A stretch of 64,000 nucleotides of DNA from the human T2T-CHM13v2.0 reference genome, Homo sapiens. Below the pieces are notes generated by a model. The model saw nothing but the letters and a program-made list of their open reading frames with translations. It ran no database searches and was not told the DNA's origin. The stretch's first letter is position 1. Every line of letters starts with the position of its first letter. Of the stretch, positions 44,157 through 57,448 are shown one piece after another. Where the stretch lies: assembly GCF_009914755.1 (NCBI RefSeq), contig NC_060927.1; one strand, given 5' to 3'. The position numbers and the translations under genes were made by a program.

Positions 44157-45378
44157 TGACCATGGCAAATCTTTGTCCTTTGAAGGTGGCTTGGATTTCT
44201 GAGATGATCCAGGTTTATCTGGAGTCAAACATCATGAATTGGGATGATCACAAAGGAAATGATCTTTTCTGAGCATAACCAAAAATAAGATTGGTCTTCT
44301 TAAGATTCGTAAACCAGCCAGAAGGAAATTCCAAAGAAAAACTGCCAAATGCTTTGAACAGAAACAGCAACATTGGAAAGACCACTCTGTGAGGGAGCTG
44401 CCCCTTTGAATGGACACATTCCTTATTGCCCTGATCCTTTGTCCCCACATCTACGCAGTGGGGATAATCATAATGCCTACTATAGGGTTCCTGTGGGCAA
44501 TAATGAAGATAAGGTGGCAAGTGCCAGGTTTGACAGCAACGGGAGGGAGGAAGGATGGCAGAAGTGAAGGAAGATAAGAAAGAAGAAAAGCAGGAAAGAA
44601 GAAAGGGAGCAGAGGAGAATGGAGGGAAAATTGGTCCATTTATCCATTCAATATACAGTTACTGAGTATCTCCCTCATACTCATGAAATACAAAAAAAAA
44701 AAAAAAGAAAAACAAAAGAAAAAAAATAGCCCATATTCAAAGTCTATGTGGACAAGTAAACCAATAGAAGCAACACTATGTCATGAGGGTTACAATAGAA
44801 GTCATAACCAGGTGGCTAGAAATGCAGAGAGGAGGGAACCCAGGCTAGGGGCATGTAGGAAAACATCCCAAACCAAGAGGCCACCAATAAACTATGTCTT
44901 ATTTGAAGGGCAAATGAGAGTCATCCCTGTGAAGAATGATGGAAAGAGAAGAGAAACTGTAAAAGCAAAGAGGTAAGGACAGACCAGATCTATTAAGAAA
45001 CAGTGAAAGCAAAAATCTGTATATCATTTGTAATACCACATGCCATGCATGGTCCTAAGGTGTCTTAATCCTCAGAACCACCCTAAAAGGTAGCAACTGT
45101 TATGATCTCCACTTAATGCATAAGAAAATGGGGACAAAAAGTACTTAAGTAACCTGCTCCCAGTCACCCACCTACGTAAGTGGTACAGCCACAGGTGTTC
45201 ATCCAAACACTTTGACCCCAATGCCCCTGTTCAAACCACGACATCATTGGCCTCTGAATTGGGACAAATGCTTCAAGATGGCAGGAGAAAAGGATGGGGA
45301 GGGGAGAAGTAGTAAAAGCAGACAGGTAGGCATTTATAACAGAAATAGAAATTCTCAAAAATAAGAATTAGCCATCTT

Positions 45379-45505
45379 GGCTGGGTGTGGTGGCTCACAC
45401 CTGTAATCCCAGCACTTCGGGAGATCAAGATGGGAGATCACTTGAGGCCAGGAGCTCAAGACTAGCCTGGGCAACATAGAGAGACCCCATATCTATTTAA
45501 AAAGA
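45379..45505 (+). mobile_element. FLAM-type Alu monomer
   Basis: TSD aagaattagccatc. Confidence 0.85.
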
Positions 45506-45999
45506 AAGAATTAGCCATCCTAACCAGGCTGTTCCTTATTCAGAAGTGGTTACGATGGATGCTTCCAGGCTGTACATTTATTAAGAAGCAAAATCTATTT
45601 TTCAGGTAGTCACACTATTAGTCACTAAATGACTTCAGCATGATGAAGCAATCTCATAATCACCATAAAATTTAGTGTTCAAAATTTTCTCAAATTCATG
45701 TTTATATTTTCATTTTCTTTTAATTTTTCATTTTCTTTTAGTTTTCATTTTCTTTTAATTTTAAGATATTCAAAATCAAATAGGAATCTTGTTCCTACAA
45801 AAAAGATTTTTGAGGAAAATACATACCTTGTAGATCCTTGATCATCCTTTTGCTTTACATAATTGAAGACGGGGAGGGGATGTGAAGTAATCTTATCCAT
45901 CCTCCCTCTCCCCTCTTCTCTCCCCCTCCTACTCTCTTCTTTCTCATTGTTCTACTTTTTAGCAATTCAACTCAATCAAGTTTCAAAACTCATTTACCA

Positions 46000-46136
46000 A
46001 GCTGGGCACAGTGGCATATGCCTATAGTCCCAGCTACTTGGGAGGCTGAGAGGATCACTTGAGCCCAAGAGTTCAAGACTAGCCTGGGCAACATAGGGAG
46101 ACCCTGTATCTAAAAAAAATAAAAATAAAAAAAAAA
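46000..46136 (+). mobile_element. Alu monomer (FLAM-like)
   Basis: Single arm with an A-rich tail. Confidence 0.8.
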
Positions 46137-49100
46137 TTACCAGATTTTCAGTTATGTATTTAACATAGACAATTTCAATTATAAAATATAATAAGAGAAA
46201 TAATCCATAGAAATTGATAAACTTTCTGTGCCTCGGTCTCCCCATTTGTAAAAGGAGGAGAGTAGTAATTCCTTCTACCTTGGAATCATTAAATTTAATG
46301 AGGATAAATCATTTAATGGGGATTAAATGAGTTAATACATATAAAGCTCTAGAAAGTACCACATGCAGAGTAAGACATCAATCAGGATAGGCTTAGGATA
46401 TGCTGCAGTGACAATAGCAACAAAAAACTATATTCAGAAAGACATAAACCATCTGCTGCCAGGGAATAGGAACATTCAGAACTCAAAGAAACCTTAAAGA
46501 CTGCCTTATTAACCTCATTTTATAAACAAGAAAATTGTATCCACACAGATGAAATGACAGGCTCAAGAGCAGATACACACTGACAAAGCCAGAATCTGGG
46601 TTTCTGGGATCCTGGACTCAGTCCTGGTATGTATTTCAATAACCCTAAGAGTAGACCAAAAGGGGGTAACTGTACACTTTGACTAGGAACTTTGACAACT
46701 GTACACTTTGACAATGTAGGAAATGGCCATGGTGTCTCTGACAAGGAGGATGAGAGATACCTAAGTCACTTCACTTCCATGTCACCGGGTCCTATCCAGT
46801 AGTTAAATCACATGGAATGATCCAAGGACAATTTATTTAAGACTTCTTTTCTAAGTACTCAGAATTAGACTGTGTAAATATTGGAAGACATATTCAATAA
46901 AAACTAGCTCTAAAGGACCAGGATACAATACAAGTGAACGCTCTAGCAAAGCCACAGCACCTTCTCTCTGAGTGAAAGGTACGAAAAACTGCAGTTTTCA
47001 ATTTCCTCCTCCAGAGGGGGTTCCTTCAAGCCAAATCATCTACCCTTTCCCAACTATGAAAACACACTTCTTTTAAGACAGTCACCCAAACTCCACTGGC
47101 ATTCATTTCATCTTGTTACCTACAGCAAGTACCTACAAACCAGAATTTGCATGACTGTATTCTAGGGCCATCTCTTTGGAATCTCCCAGGCATCACTGTG
47201 GTCTCAACTTCTGAAAGCTTCAGTCATTCTTTCTGTGGCTTCCATTCCACTGCACATCAGGACAGAGACCTTCCAATACCCACTTGCACTAGGAAAGGAC
47301 ATTACCAGGTGATCCAATCTCATGCCTGGGTCCCAGTCAAACTGCTGTCAACTTAGCACTTACAGCACAGCTTAGCGCTTATGGCAAAACAGCTAATTCT
47401 CCTCAAGTGCAAAGTGAGTCTGTGGTTGAATGAGGGCTCAGAAAGGTTTTTACTCGCCACCCTGTTTCTGGGATCATTCTCCAGTTGTCTGCAAAGATTC
47501 AAAATTCAAAAGGCAAACTCCATTCTCCACTGTCTGCCACTGGAAAGATACCCTGGAGGAAAGTAAAGCAACTGTGACAATGGGAATCCAGGATGCTGTC
47601 TGCAGTCACTTTGCTAGGAGCACAAATAGAATTTTTTACATTTATCCTGATACTTGGCTTTTAACCCAATCCTGTTTAGCCTTTTTCCAAACTTAGTTGC
47701 ATACTTTAAAGTCTCCCCTGGATAGTAAAGACTAGCCCCATCTCCAGTCCACAAAAGGGAAAAAGCTTAAAATGACTCATCTGTGCATTAAAAATACGCA
47801 AATGGAAGGGGAGATAAATAGCTTGGTGTGTCCAATTTATTCCCAGTTTCAAACATGCAGCTCTGGTATACCATCCCAGGACAATGAAGGAGGTCATAAT
47901 GACTTCCATTTCTAGGCTTCCGGGAGACTGCATTTTCTGATAGGCCCTCCTCTACACTACAGCTAGATAAGAGCAAATATGCTTTTCAAAGCATAGTTGA
48001 GCTTACAAGGAAGTAAGGGAAATCTCCAAGGGAGGGGTTGTGGGAGAGAGCACTCTCTGGTCTCTCTTCCTCTTCTTATAAGGAGCAAATGCCAATCTAA
48101 GCACTGAGCTTGAGAGAGCGAACTGGGACTCACTGAAGCGAGGGAACTGAGATTCTTCTAGCAAGCCCATATTTGCAGAAGGGTTGAATGTGGTCCTAAG
48201 TGCCCCCTGGCGCCTAACAGATGCAAATGCAAATCCTTGTAAGGGGGACAGGCAGTGGGTGGGCAAGGACTGGGAGAGGCGATTAGGCAGAGAACAAAAG
48301 CCCTCAGGAGTCCAAAAAATTCAGATTAATGAAATACAAGCTTACAATAAAAAATTACCACAGACACAAGGAAACTTCCACGAGTGATGGCCATATGCAA
48401 AATATAAGGTGTTTTTGAAATGTTTAAGAAAATAAATAAATATTTCAGCAGAAATATAGAATTGAAGAATCAGCATGGAAAAGTGACTCTCCAAAATTAT
48501 CAACCAGATCTGAAAAAGAATAAAAATATACAGCAATGAAAAATAAAGTATTTAAAGTGAAACCTAACAGATGGGGTAAGAAAAAAGAGAAAACTAGTGA
48601 ACAAAGACACAATGGAGATAAGCCACAAACAAAATGATGCTTCTTTGAAATGACTAATAAAACAAGCCTCTTCAGAAATGAGTACACATAGGAAATATTT
48701 AAAAGGTGATATGAAAATACTGTTAACTTTGGGCCAACAAATTTTGAAATGTCAAGAAAATGGACAAACGACTAGTCATATCTTACATAATCTGACTCTA
48801 GAAGAAACAGAAATCCTGAAGAGTTCTGCAGCTATTAAATAAATAGAATCAGAATTTTAAAACTCTTCCTGCAAAGAAAGCCCAGGTGATTCCAATTTGC
48901 AAAAACTTTCAGATAAATGGAAAGTCTTCATTCTGTGAGACTTGATCATCTTGACACCAAAGCTAGGCATGAACTATACAAGAAAGGTACCTTCTAGTCC
49001 AAACTTCACACTTAGACGATGAGTATTATTAGCAAGTGGAATACAGGGATATATTAAAAAGGTAATACATCATGCCCAAGATGTGTTTCTCATAGGAATT

Positions 49101-49918
49101 AGAGGATACTTCAGCATTAGACAAAGTATTCTATAAATAATGTTAACAGAGTAAAGATGAAAAATAATTATGATCAGCTCAAGATATAAAGTCTTAGTGT
49201 TTTCTAAAAATTGTTACAAACTAGAAATAAAGAGGAATTTCTTTAACTTATAGAGTATATCTGCTGCAAACTGACAGTATCATTCTTAATGGTAAATGTT
49301 AGAAGCATGCCCCTTAAAATGAGAAATAAAATTACGCTATTATAAGCACCACTTGTAGAATGTTGCATCAGCCTTCTCCTGGAGGCTTAAGTTAGGACAG
49401 TAAGACCAGAAAATAAGGAGAAAAAAATAATAATTCAAAAGAAGGAAAGTTCTATTATCATCAATTGTATTATGTGGTTTTCTACTTAGAAAACCCAAAA
49501 GAATCTATAAATTATTAAAAATAAGAAAGTTATTTCCTTATCAGCAGGGCACAAAAAATGTAGCCATAAAAAGAAGAGTAGTAAATTTGACAATGTTAAA
49601 ATTAGGAATTTCTGTTCAACAAAAGATACTATAAACAGAATGAAAAAACAATCCACAGTTGAGAGATGATGCTTGCAATACATTAAAATGACAAAAAATT
49701 ATTATCAAGAATATATATAGAATTCCTATAATTCAATAAAAAAGTACCAACAGTTAATTGAAAAATGCACAAAAGAAATGAGCAGGCATTTCACAGAACA
49801 GGAAATACGATCAGCCAATAAACATATGAAAAGATGTTCAATCTTATTAGTAATCAGAAAACCACATGAGCCATATGGAAGCCACAACAAGAAAGCATTT
49901 TATACCCCACTCTCTTAT

Positions 49919-49920
<2 letters not shown>

Positions 49921-49960
<40 letters not shown>
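49921..49960. repeat. (AC)20
   Basis: Read directly. Confidence 0.95.
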
Positions 49961-49962
<2 letters not shown>

Positions 49963-50213
49963 TAATAATCATAATAGCAGCAGCAAAAATAAATAACAAT
50001 AGCAAGTACTGACAAGGATGTTGATCAATAAGAACTCCTAACACAGCTGCTGCACGTAAACTAGTGCAACAATGCAAGAACTCACCATGCATATCCTCAC
50101 CCAGAAATTTTACCCTTAGGTACCTGAATTTGCCATACCTGAAGCCGGGATGGCAAACTACGGCCTAAGGGCCAAATCTGGCCTTTTGCCTGCTTTTGTA
50201 AATAAAGTTTTAG

Positions 50214-50553
<340 letters not shown>

Positions 50554-52232
50554 TTATATATTGTCTATTGCTACTTTTGTAGTACAATTGCGAGTCAAGC
50601 AGCAGACACCATATGACCCATGAAATCTAAAATATTTACTAACTGGCACTTTACAGAAAAAGTCTGCTGGCCCCTGCCCTAAAGAAATACTTGTACATGA
50701 GCACAACAGACACATACAAGAACATTCAGTACAGCACTATTCCTAATAGCAAAAACTAGAAATAGTCCATCAACAGGAAAACAGATAAATTATGACATAA
50801 GCATGTAATGGGATGTTAGATTATTGTGCAAAAGAACAAATGACAGCTACATGCAGCAGGAATTTATCTTAAAAGAATATTGAACGGAAGAAGTAAAAAC
50901 AGAGAATATATACAACATCATCTCACTTAGACAAGGTTCAAGGGCATGATTATCATAACACAGAAGAAGAAATAGAAACTGAGAAGCACTCATGTGTAAC
51001 ATCAACAGGATGGGTAATTTTCTCAGGTGGGGCAGGGAGGCTCTCCAGGTGTTCATGTTAGTATTATATACCATAATTTACATACGTGTTCTTTTGTACC
51101 TATCCAACAGCATAGAATAATCTCCTTGGATGAACCTGTGGGAGGAGTATAATATAGTGTGTAACAGCCCAGACTCTGGAGCCAGGCTGCCTGGTTCCAA
51201 TCCCAGCCCTATCACTTTCAAGCTGTGTGATCTTGAGAAAATGTCTCAGCATCTCTGAATCTCAGATTCCTCATCTGTAAAACAGGGATGCAAGACCTAC
51301 CTTACGTCACAGAGTACACACAAATCATAACTTCAGTGGCAAGCATGAGCTCACAATATGCTCAGCATCACTCCCCACGTATCAGCAGAGCCTGTGCCTA
51401 CAGCCATCCTCCTTCACCCTGCATGGTTGAATCAGAGGCCAGAGCCAGGGCACTGTGATACACACTGGCCCTGGTGCAGAGGTGCACTGATGGATTATCA
51501 CAGGATCCAGACAGGAAGGTGGCCTACCAAGGGCAGGGGGTGTAGGATATAGTCTCATAATCATGATGTTTGGCTAGAAAATGTCTGCACATGGCTCCTA
51601 AAGTGAATTCACAAAGAACGAGAAGCCAACTTCAACATCAGCAGCACCTGAAATCATCACCTACCAGGTCAACAAGAAAAATGTATATATTTTTTGCCTT
51701 TCCAAAGTAAAGAAGCAACCTGAATCCTTGCGTCTTATCTCAATTTATCTTTTCCATGCAGTGCACAATTACAGTGTAGGGAGGAAAGTATGGGTTTTGA
51801 GCAATATTGGCTGAGAGTCTCTCAATTACCAGAGCTCAGTTACTGAATCTCCCCTAAGCCATAGTTTGGTCATCTGTAAAGTGGGGATAACAGTGTAGAC
51901 CTCACAATGTTATTCAAAGGCTTCAGTGAGACACTGTGTGTTCCTCTAGACAAGCCCTCAAGAAAAGCGAGTCCTCAACTTCAAATACTGGTGACATTGG
52001 AGCCAAAATGCCAAGACCATTAACCTGGTGTACTTCTTTAACCAATCAGGCCACTGAAACATTAAGCATCCTCATGGCTTTTACCAGACTGTGTTTCAAT
52101 AGTGTTTCCCCAAATACGTTCCCTGAAACAGCATTCTGCAGATGTTAATACGTGTTCTGTTGGGGGAGTAGTGGAAAGGAAGGGTTCTATTGTCATGTAT
52201 CATATAATCATGTATTCACTATACACACACTT

Positions 52233-52233
<1 letters not shown>

Positions 52234-52263
<30 letters not shown>
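52234..52263. repeat. (CA)15
   Basis: Read directly. Confidence 0.92.
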
Positions 52264-52266
<3 letters not shown>

Positions 52267-55114
52267 TGACCCTCTCAAGGACAGTTTCTAATTTTCATAA
52301 TGAAGTATAGAAGAAAGGTGAGAGGACCAGAGGGAAACTGTCTCACCAGACCGTCGGCACAAGGGAACAATTTCAGAGAGAACAGGTTTCCATTCCTCTT
52401 TGCTTAGCTATAGCTAGATTGAGGGGCTGGGGGTGCAGAGAGTTTCCTTAACCTTGGATTACTCTGTCCTGTCCTCTCCATCAAAACTCACATGCCTCAC
52501 ATCCACCACTCACTCATCTGACAATACTGCTCCAAAGCTGCCAACACTATGTCCACTTCACAAGAGCATAAATTGTGGTGGCTTAGGGGATTTGACTGCA
52601 ATCACATCATTAGCAGATACAGGCCAGTGTCTAAAATTGAGGTTTCCTCCAGCCAATTCTACAGTCTCCCCTGCTCTAAAAATACTACAGAATTTCATCT
52701 TGAACAACTCATATAAGCTCCTATATTCATTCAGTTCTGAAAGAAGTTACAATGAAAATACAAGAAACTAAGCCCTACTTGAGTTTATATAAAAAAGAAG
52801 GAAAAATACACTTTGCCTTAGCCAACGTTTATAAGAGTGACTTCCAATAGCTACTGGAGTCAGAATCTAATCCAGATCTCAGAAGTCTAAAACACAGAAA
52901 GGTAACTAGAATGAAAATATAATTATATATGTATGATGTGCATGGAACACACAATTATTTAAATAGGGAATAGCCAGATGTTTAGAATCTACTGTGTCTT
53001 ATCTCCAAACATGGAAAATATGAGCTCCTGGCAGGTTTGAAAAACTGTGTGACCTTAAGCTCTTTTCCACACTATGGGGAAAAAACAAAAATGATAAAGT
53101 TTTGCACTGTAAAGCAGCTTAGGGTTTCATTGCTATGAAAACCGTCTCCAAGCTATATAAAAATATGAATTGGCTTATATCCAAAAGTCGTGAAGTTTTT
53201 TTTTTTAATAAATCCATACTCCTTCTCAAGCAAGTACTTACCATAACTCTTTCAAAGAAAACAGAATCTCTTTGCAGACAACTTGGCCTGCTTTACTTCT
53301 CCTGTGACTTTATTTTCTTATTAATCACTTCCTAGTTTGTCTGTAATTAATGTGAAGGGCAGGTTCTCTGATCCCTTTCTCTGTAATCCTATGTACAGGC
53401 TGTACAACACTCTTCATGACTTCAAATCTTCCTTAGGCTGTGTCATGTGTGTGAAAAGACAAACAGCAGACCAGCTGAAAACATGTGGCCCCAGTGTGTG
53501 GTGGAAGAGTTGGCCTGCTGAGGGAGGTATAAAAAATTAATATTTAGACATATGGTCTAGCCTCTAGGCTTTCTCTTTTGGGGTAGAATACCCCAAGGAG
53601 AAGCACATATAACTAAATAAAGAATATGGATAGGTGATTTTTAAAAGCACTGGGACTCTGGGTTCCTCACCCACACACTGTCATTGATAACTGCATAACT
53701 CACTTTGGTTGATAATATGTGACATTTTGCCAAGATTCATAGCACTAAGAACAGTATACATGGGAAAGCCCTCTTGGCAGTTGCTTTTGTACACAAAGAG
53801 GAGTTCTGGTTTTCATTACAGACCAATACTCTAAGGTGGCACAATATTGGAATACTGCACTGAGCTTAGAGTTAAGGACTTAAGTTCTAATTCTAGCTTT
53901 GCAACTAACCAGTTACGTGATCTGGGGAAAAATCACTAAACTTGTCTCAGCTTCCGAGAACAGTGGTGAAGAGTTGAGTTTTGAATCCTGGATCTACCCA
54001 TGACAGCCTGTGATGCCTTGAACAAATTACTTAAGTACTCTGAGCATCAGGCTACTCATCCGTAAACAGGAAATAATAATTGTAACTCACTACAGGGTTC
54101 ATACAAACACCACAGGAGATGCTTACTGAGTGAGCAAACAAGTTCCCTTAAAGCCTGAAGCACAGGGCTTGGCACATAATGAATGCTCCACAAATGTTAG
54201 CTATTTTCATTATTTTGAGACACTGGTGGTGGCTAGAGGCCTGGAATTAAAATTTCTGTCCTCCCTCCTCCGATTTGGGCAGGGAAAAGAAACGGGCATA
54301 ATGAACATAAATCTTTGATTATCAAATAAATGCAACAGTGGGAAACAAAATGCTAAGCGCTTTGGCATTTTTTTAAATAAGAGAAAAAGGGAAATAGATG
54401 TTTTAAGACCAATTCGAAGATGGATATAATTTATTTCACATTAACTGACCTGTAAATAACTCTACAAGGGACTCTCAGGAATACCAACCATTTCTGTTTT
54501 GAAGGTCAGTGTTCTTTCCCTGTTGTTAGCCAGTAATCCACAACCAACTAAAGGATAATGGCATGCCCTGTTATCAACACTTCTCAACCTGATACAGGTT
54601 ACAAAAAAAACTACAGTTTAAGAAATACTGGTATTTTAAAAATGTGTTGAGAAGCTACCCCAAACGTGTAATGATAGAAACGATAGCTAAAATAGAAACG
54701 CTTATAATATTAACAGTCACAGCCATATACAGTTATTATAGGACGGCTCTTTCATTTAACTGCTTAGCAAATGTTTAATGCCAATGATGTTTTAAAGGTT
54801 TTATTGAAATTTCCTTCCCTGTCACTTCCTCTTCACCCTCCAACATGTTCATTTAGCAAAACTGCTAACCATCTAAGTACTTTTCAGAATTGTAAGATGT
54901 CTTACCTAAATTAATATCATTTCAAATAGCTGGGTGGCAGGCATTGAACTATATTAACTTTCCCCTACTCTGAGCTGCCTGGGTTCATCAGCCAAACTCT
55001 AGTCCTTGCTACTTTAAAGTTTTAAAGAGGAGAGATTTTCCCCATGTACCCTCCCTGCTTCTCTCTACTTCTTGAGTCACTCCAACCCTGAGAAGGGAGA
55101 ATAACAGACCTCCA

Positions 55115-55275
55115 TGCTACTCAGAGGATCCTTGGACCAAAAGCATCAGCATCACCTGGGATCTTGTCAGAAAGGTGGGATCTCAGGTCTCACCTCAGAC
55201 CTGCTGAATCAGAATCTGCATTTTAACAAGACCCACAGGTAATCTGTAGTCACATGAAGGTGTGAGAAATGCTTC
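55115..55275. mobile_element. MER5A-like MITE
   Basis: agcatcagcatcacctggg...gaatcagaatctgcattttaacaag. Confidence 0.75.
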
Positions 55276-55514
55276 CCTAAACTTAAAAAAAAAAAGTTTC
55301 AGTTTTACTACTGATTTAAGATTATTTGGTAATGGAAAGTTAGGGAAGGAAAGCACTCTGAACACAATGCTGTAGGATAGTCCTGAGAAACAGACTGAAA
55401 AGCCAGTGTGTGTGATTAATAAAGTCTGAGTAAACTATGAGTGGCGCCCCCAATGCAGGACACTACTAGATAAAGTGGGTCATTCACTCATTGATTTAAC
55501 CATTGTTGAACTAT

Positions 55515-55628
55515 GTACTATTTTTTTTACAGATCATAATAGATGTTGATATTTTCAGGGCACATGTGATAATTTAACACATTCATATAATTTGTAAAGA
55601 TGAAATCAGTGTTCTTGGGATATCCATC

Positions 55629-55700
<72 letters not shown>

Positions 55701-56160
55701 TATAATTTTTTTTTTTAAGACAGAGTCTCACTCTGTCACCCAGGCTGGAGTGCAGTGGCGCAATCTCGGCTCGCTGCAAGCTCTGCCTCCCAGGTTCAGC
55801 CATTCTCCTGCCTCAGCCTCCCAAGTAGCTGGGACTACAGGTGCCCGCCACCACGCCCAGCTAATTTTTTTGTATTTTTAGTAGAGATGGGGTTTCACCG
55901 TGTTAGCCACGGTGGTCTCAATCTCCTGACCTCGTGATCCGCCCGCCTCGGCCTTCTAAAGTGATGGGATTACAGGCTTGAGCCACAGCGCCTGGCCAAT
56001 ATTTTTTTCTTTATGCTAGAAACATTCAAATTATTATTCTCTAGCAATTTTGAAATGTATAATAGATTATTGTAAACTATAGTCACCCTACTGATCTATC
56101 GAACCCTATGTCTATTTCTTCTATCAAACCATGTATTTTTACCCGTTAATCAACTCTACC
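55515..56160 (-). mobile_element. L1MA-type 3' fragment split by a (TC)n(TA)n tract and an AluY
   Basis: tcagggcacatgtgataattt ... aactatagtcaccctactg. Confidence 0.7.
55706..55997 (-). mobile_element. AluY-type SINE
   Basis: Reverse dimer; its tail grades into (TA)n(GA)n at 55633-55703. Confidence 0.9.
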
Positions 56161-56217
56161 AAGATACCTTTCCAAGTCAAAAAGGAAATCCTGCCAGGTT
56201 AAATTATATACATATAA

Positions 56218-56219
<2 letters not shown>

Positions 56220-56255
<36 letters not shown>
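56220..56255. repeat. (TG)n
   Basis: Read directly. Confidence 0.95.
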
Positions 56256-56258
<3 letters not shown>

Positions 56259-56268
56259 AAATTATATA

Positions 56269-56580
56269 CAATTGGCTCTCCATATGCACAGGTCCTACAT
56301 CTGAGGTTTCAACTAACCACGGGTTAAAAATATTTGAGGGAAAACAAAAAATAATACAACAATAAAAAAAGAAAAAATATAGCATAAGAACTATTTGCAT
56401 AGCATTTACACTGTGTTAGGTAGTATAAGTAATCTAGAGATGATTTAAAGTATCCAGGAGGATGTGTATAGGATATATGCAATACTACGCCATTTTATGT
56501 CAGGGACTTGAGCGTCCACAGATTTTGGTATCTGTGGGAGTCCTGGAACCAGTCCCCCACAGATACCAAGAAATGAGTGT
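56269..56580. mobile_element. MER2 (Tigger) element
   Basis: agtaatctagagatgatttaaagtat...gggacttgagcgtccacagattttggtatc...ggaaccagtcccccacagatacc. Confidence 0.8.
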
Positions 56581-56699
56581 GTATGTTGTTTACTATTTCT
56601 AAAGATTCCATAAATACTGAATTTTAATTCTGTCCTGCTACTTATTGTTGTCATAATTTAAAGAACAATCCAAGAAGACCTTTAAAAATTATCCGATCG

Positions 56700-57025
56700 A
56701 TGCCAGAAGCTAGGAAGGGTGTGTGGGTGAAAAGGAAGATGAGGAGAGGTTGGTCAATGGGTACAAACATGTAGTTAGAAAGTATAAATTCAAATGTTTG
56801 AAAGCAGAATAGAGTGGGTGATCATAGTTAGCAACAATGTATTGTATATTTCAAAGTAGCTAGAAAAAAGAATTTGAAATCTTCCCAACATATAAAAATA
56901 AATACTCAAGATGATGAAGTATTTACCCTAATTTGATCATTACACATTCTATGCATGTAACAAAATACCACATGTATCCCATAAATATGTTAAATGCTAT
57001 GTATCAATTTAAAAATAATAAAACA
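56700..57025 (+). mobile_element. L1MA-type 3' end
   Basis: gagaggttggtcaatgggtacaaa...catgtatcccataaatatg...aaaaataataaa. Confidence 0.78.
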
Positions 57026-57395
57026 ATTAAAAAGTCATCACAATGCCAGTTCTAGGCATTACACTAAACTGTTTTGCTCATTTGTGCTTTTAAGCAGCAT
57101 TTCTGTAGCATGTCTGTGCTCTCGGTGGAATTTTAAGTGACTGGGAAAACCATGAGGAGTCTGTGATAAATCTTTTTCATTAATTATAACTTGAATAATG
57201 TACAGAAAAAAATTGAATATGTGAATATACTGGTTCCTAATTAGCCTAATAATTCAAATTCTCTAAGGTTTTCCATTTTATTAATGAACTAGAATCAAAG
57301 GCCTGTATCTTTTTCTTTCTCTGGTGTGAAGATAAGCTACCTACTGCTATATCCACACAATGCCTATGGTCCTTAATATTTAGTGAATATGTATA

Positions 57396-57398
<3 letters not shown>

Positions 57399-57446
<48 letters not shown>
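57399..57446. repeat. (AT)24
   Basis: Counted directly. Confidence 0.95.

Positions 57447-57448
<2 letters not shown>

Noticed and set aside
45707-45762. Three copies of an 18-19 bp T-rich unit
   Set aside because: Low-complexity slippage; no spacers, not CRISPR-like.
46668-46712. 16-bp direct repeat aactgtacactttgac
   Set aside because: Ordinary local micro-duplication with no functional evidence.
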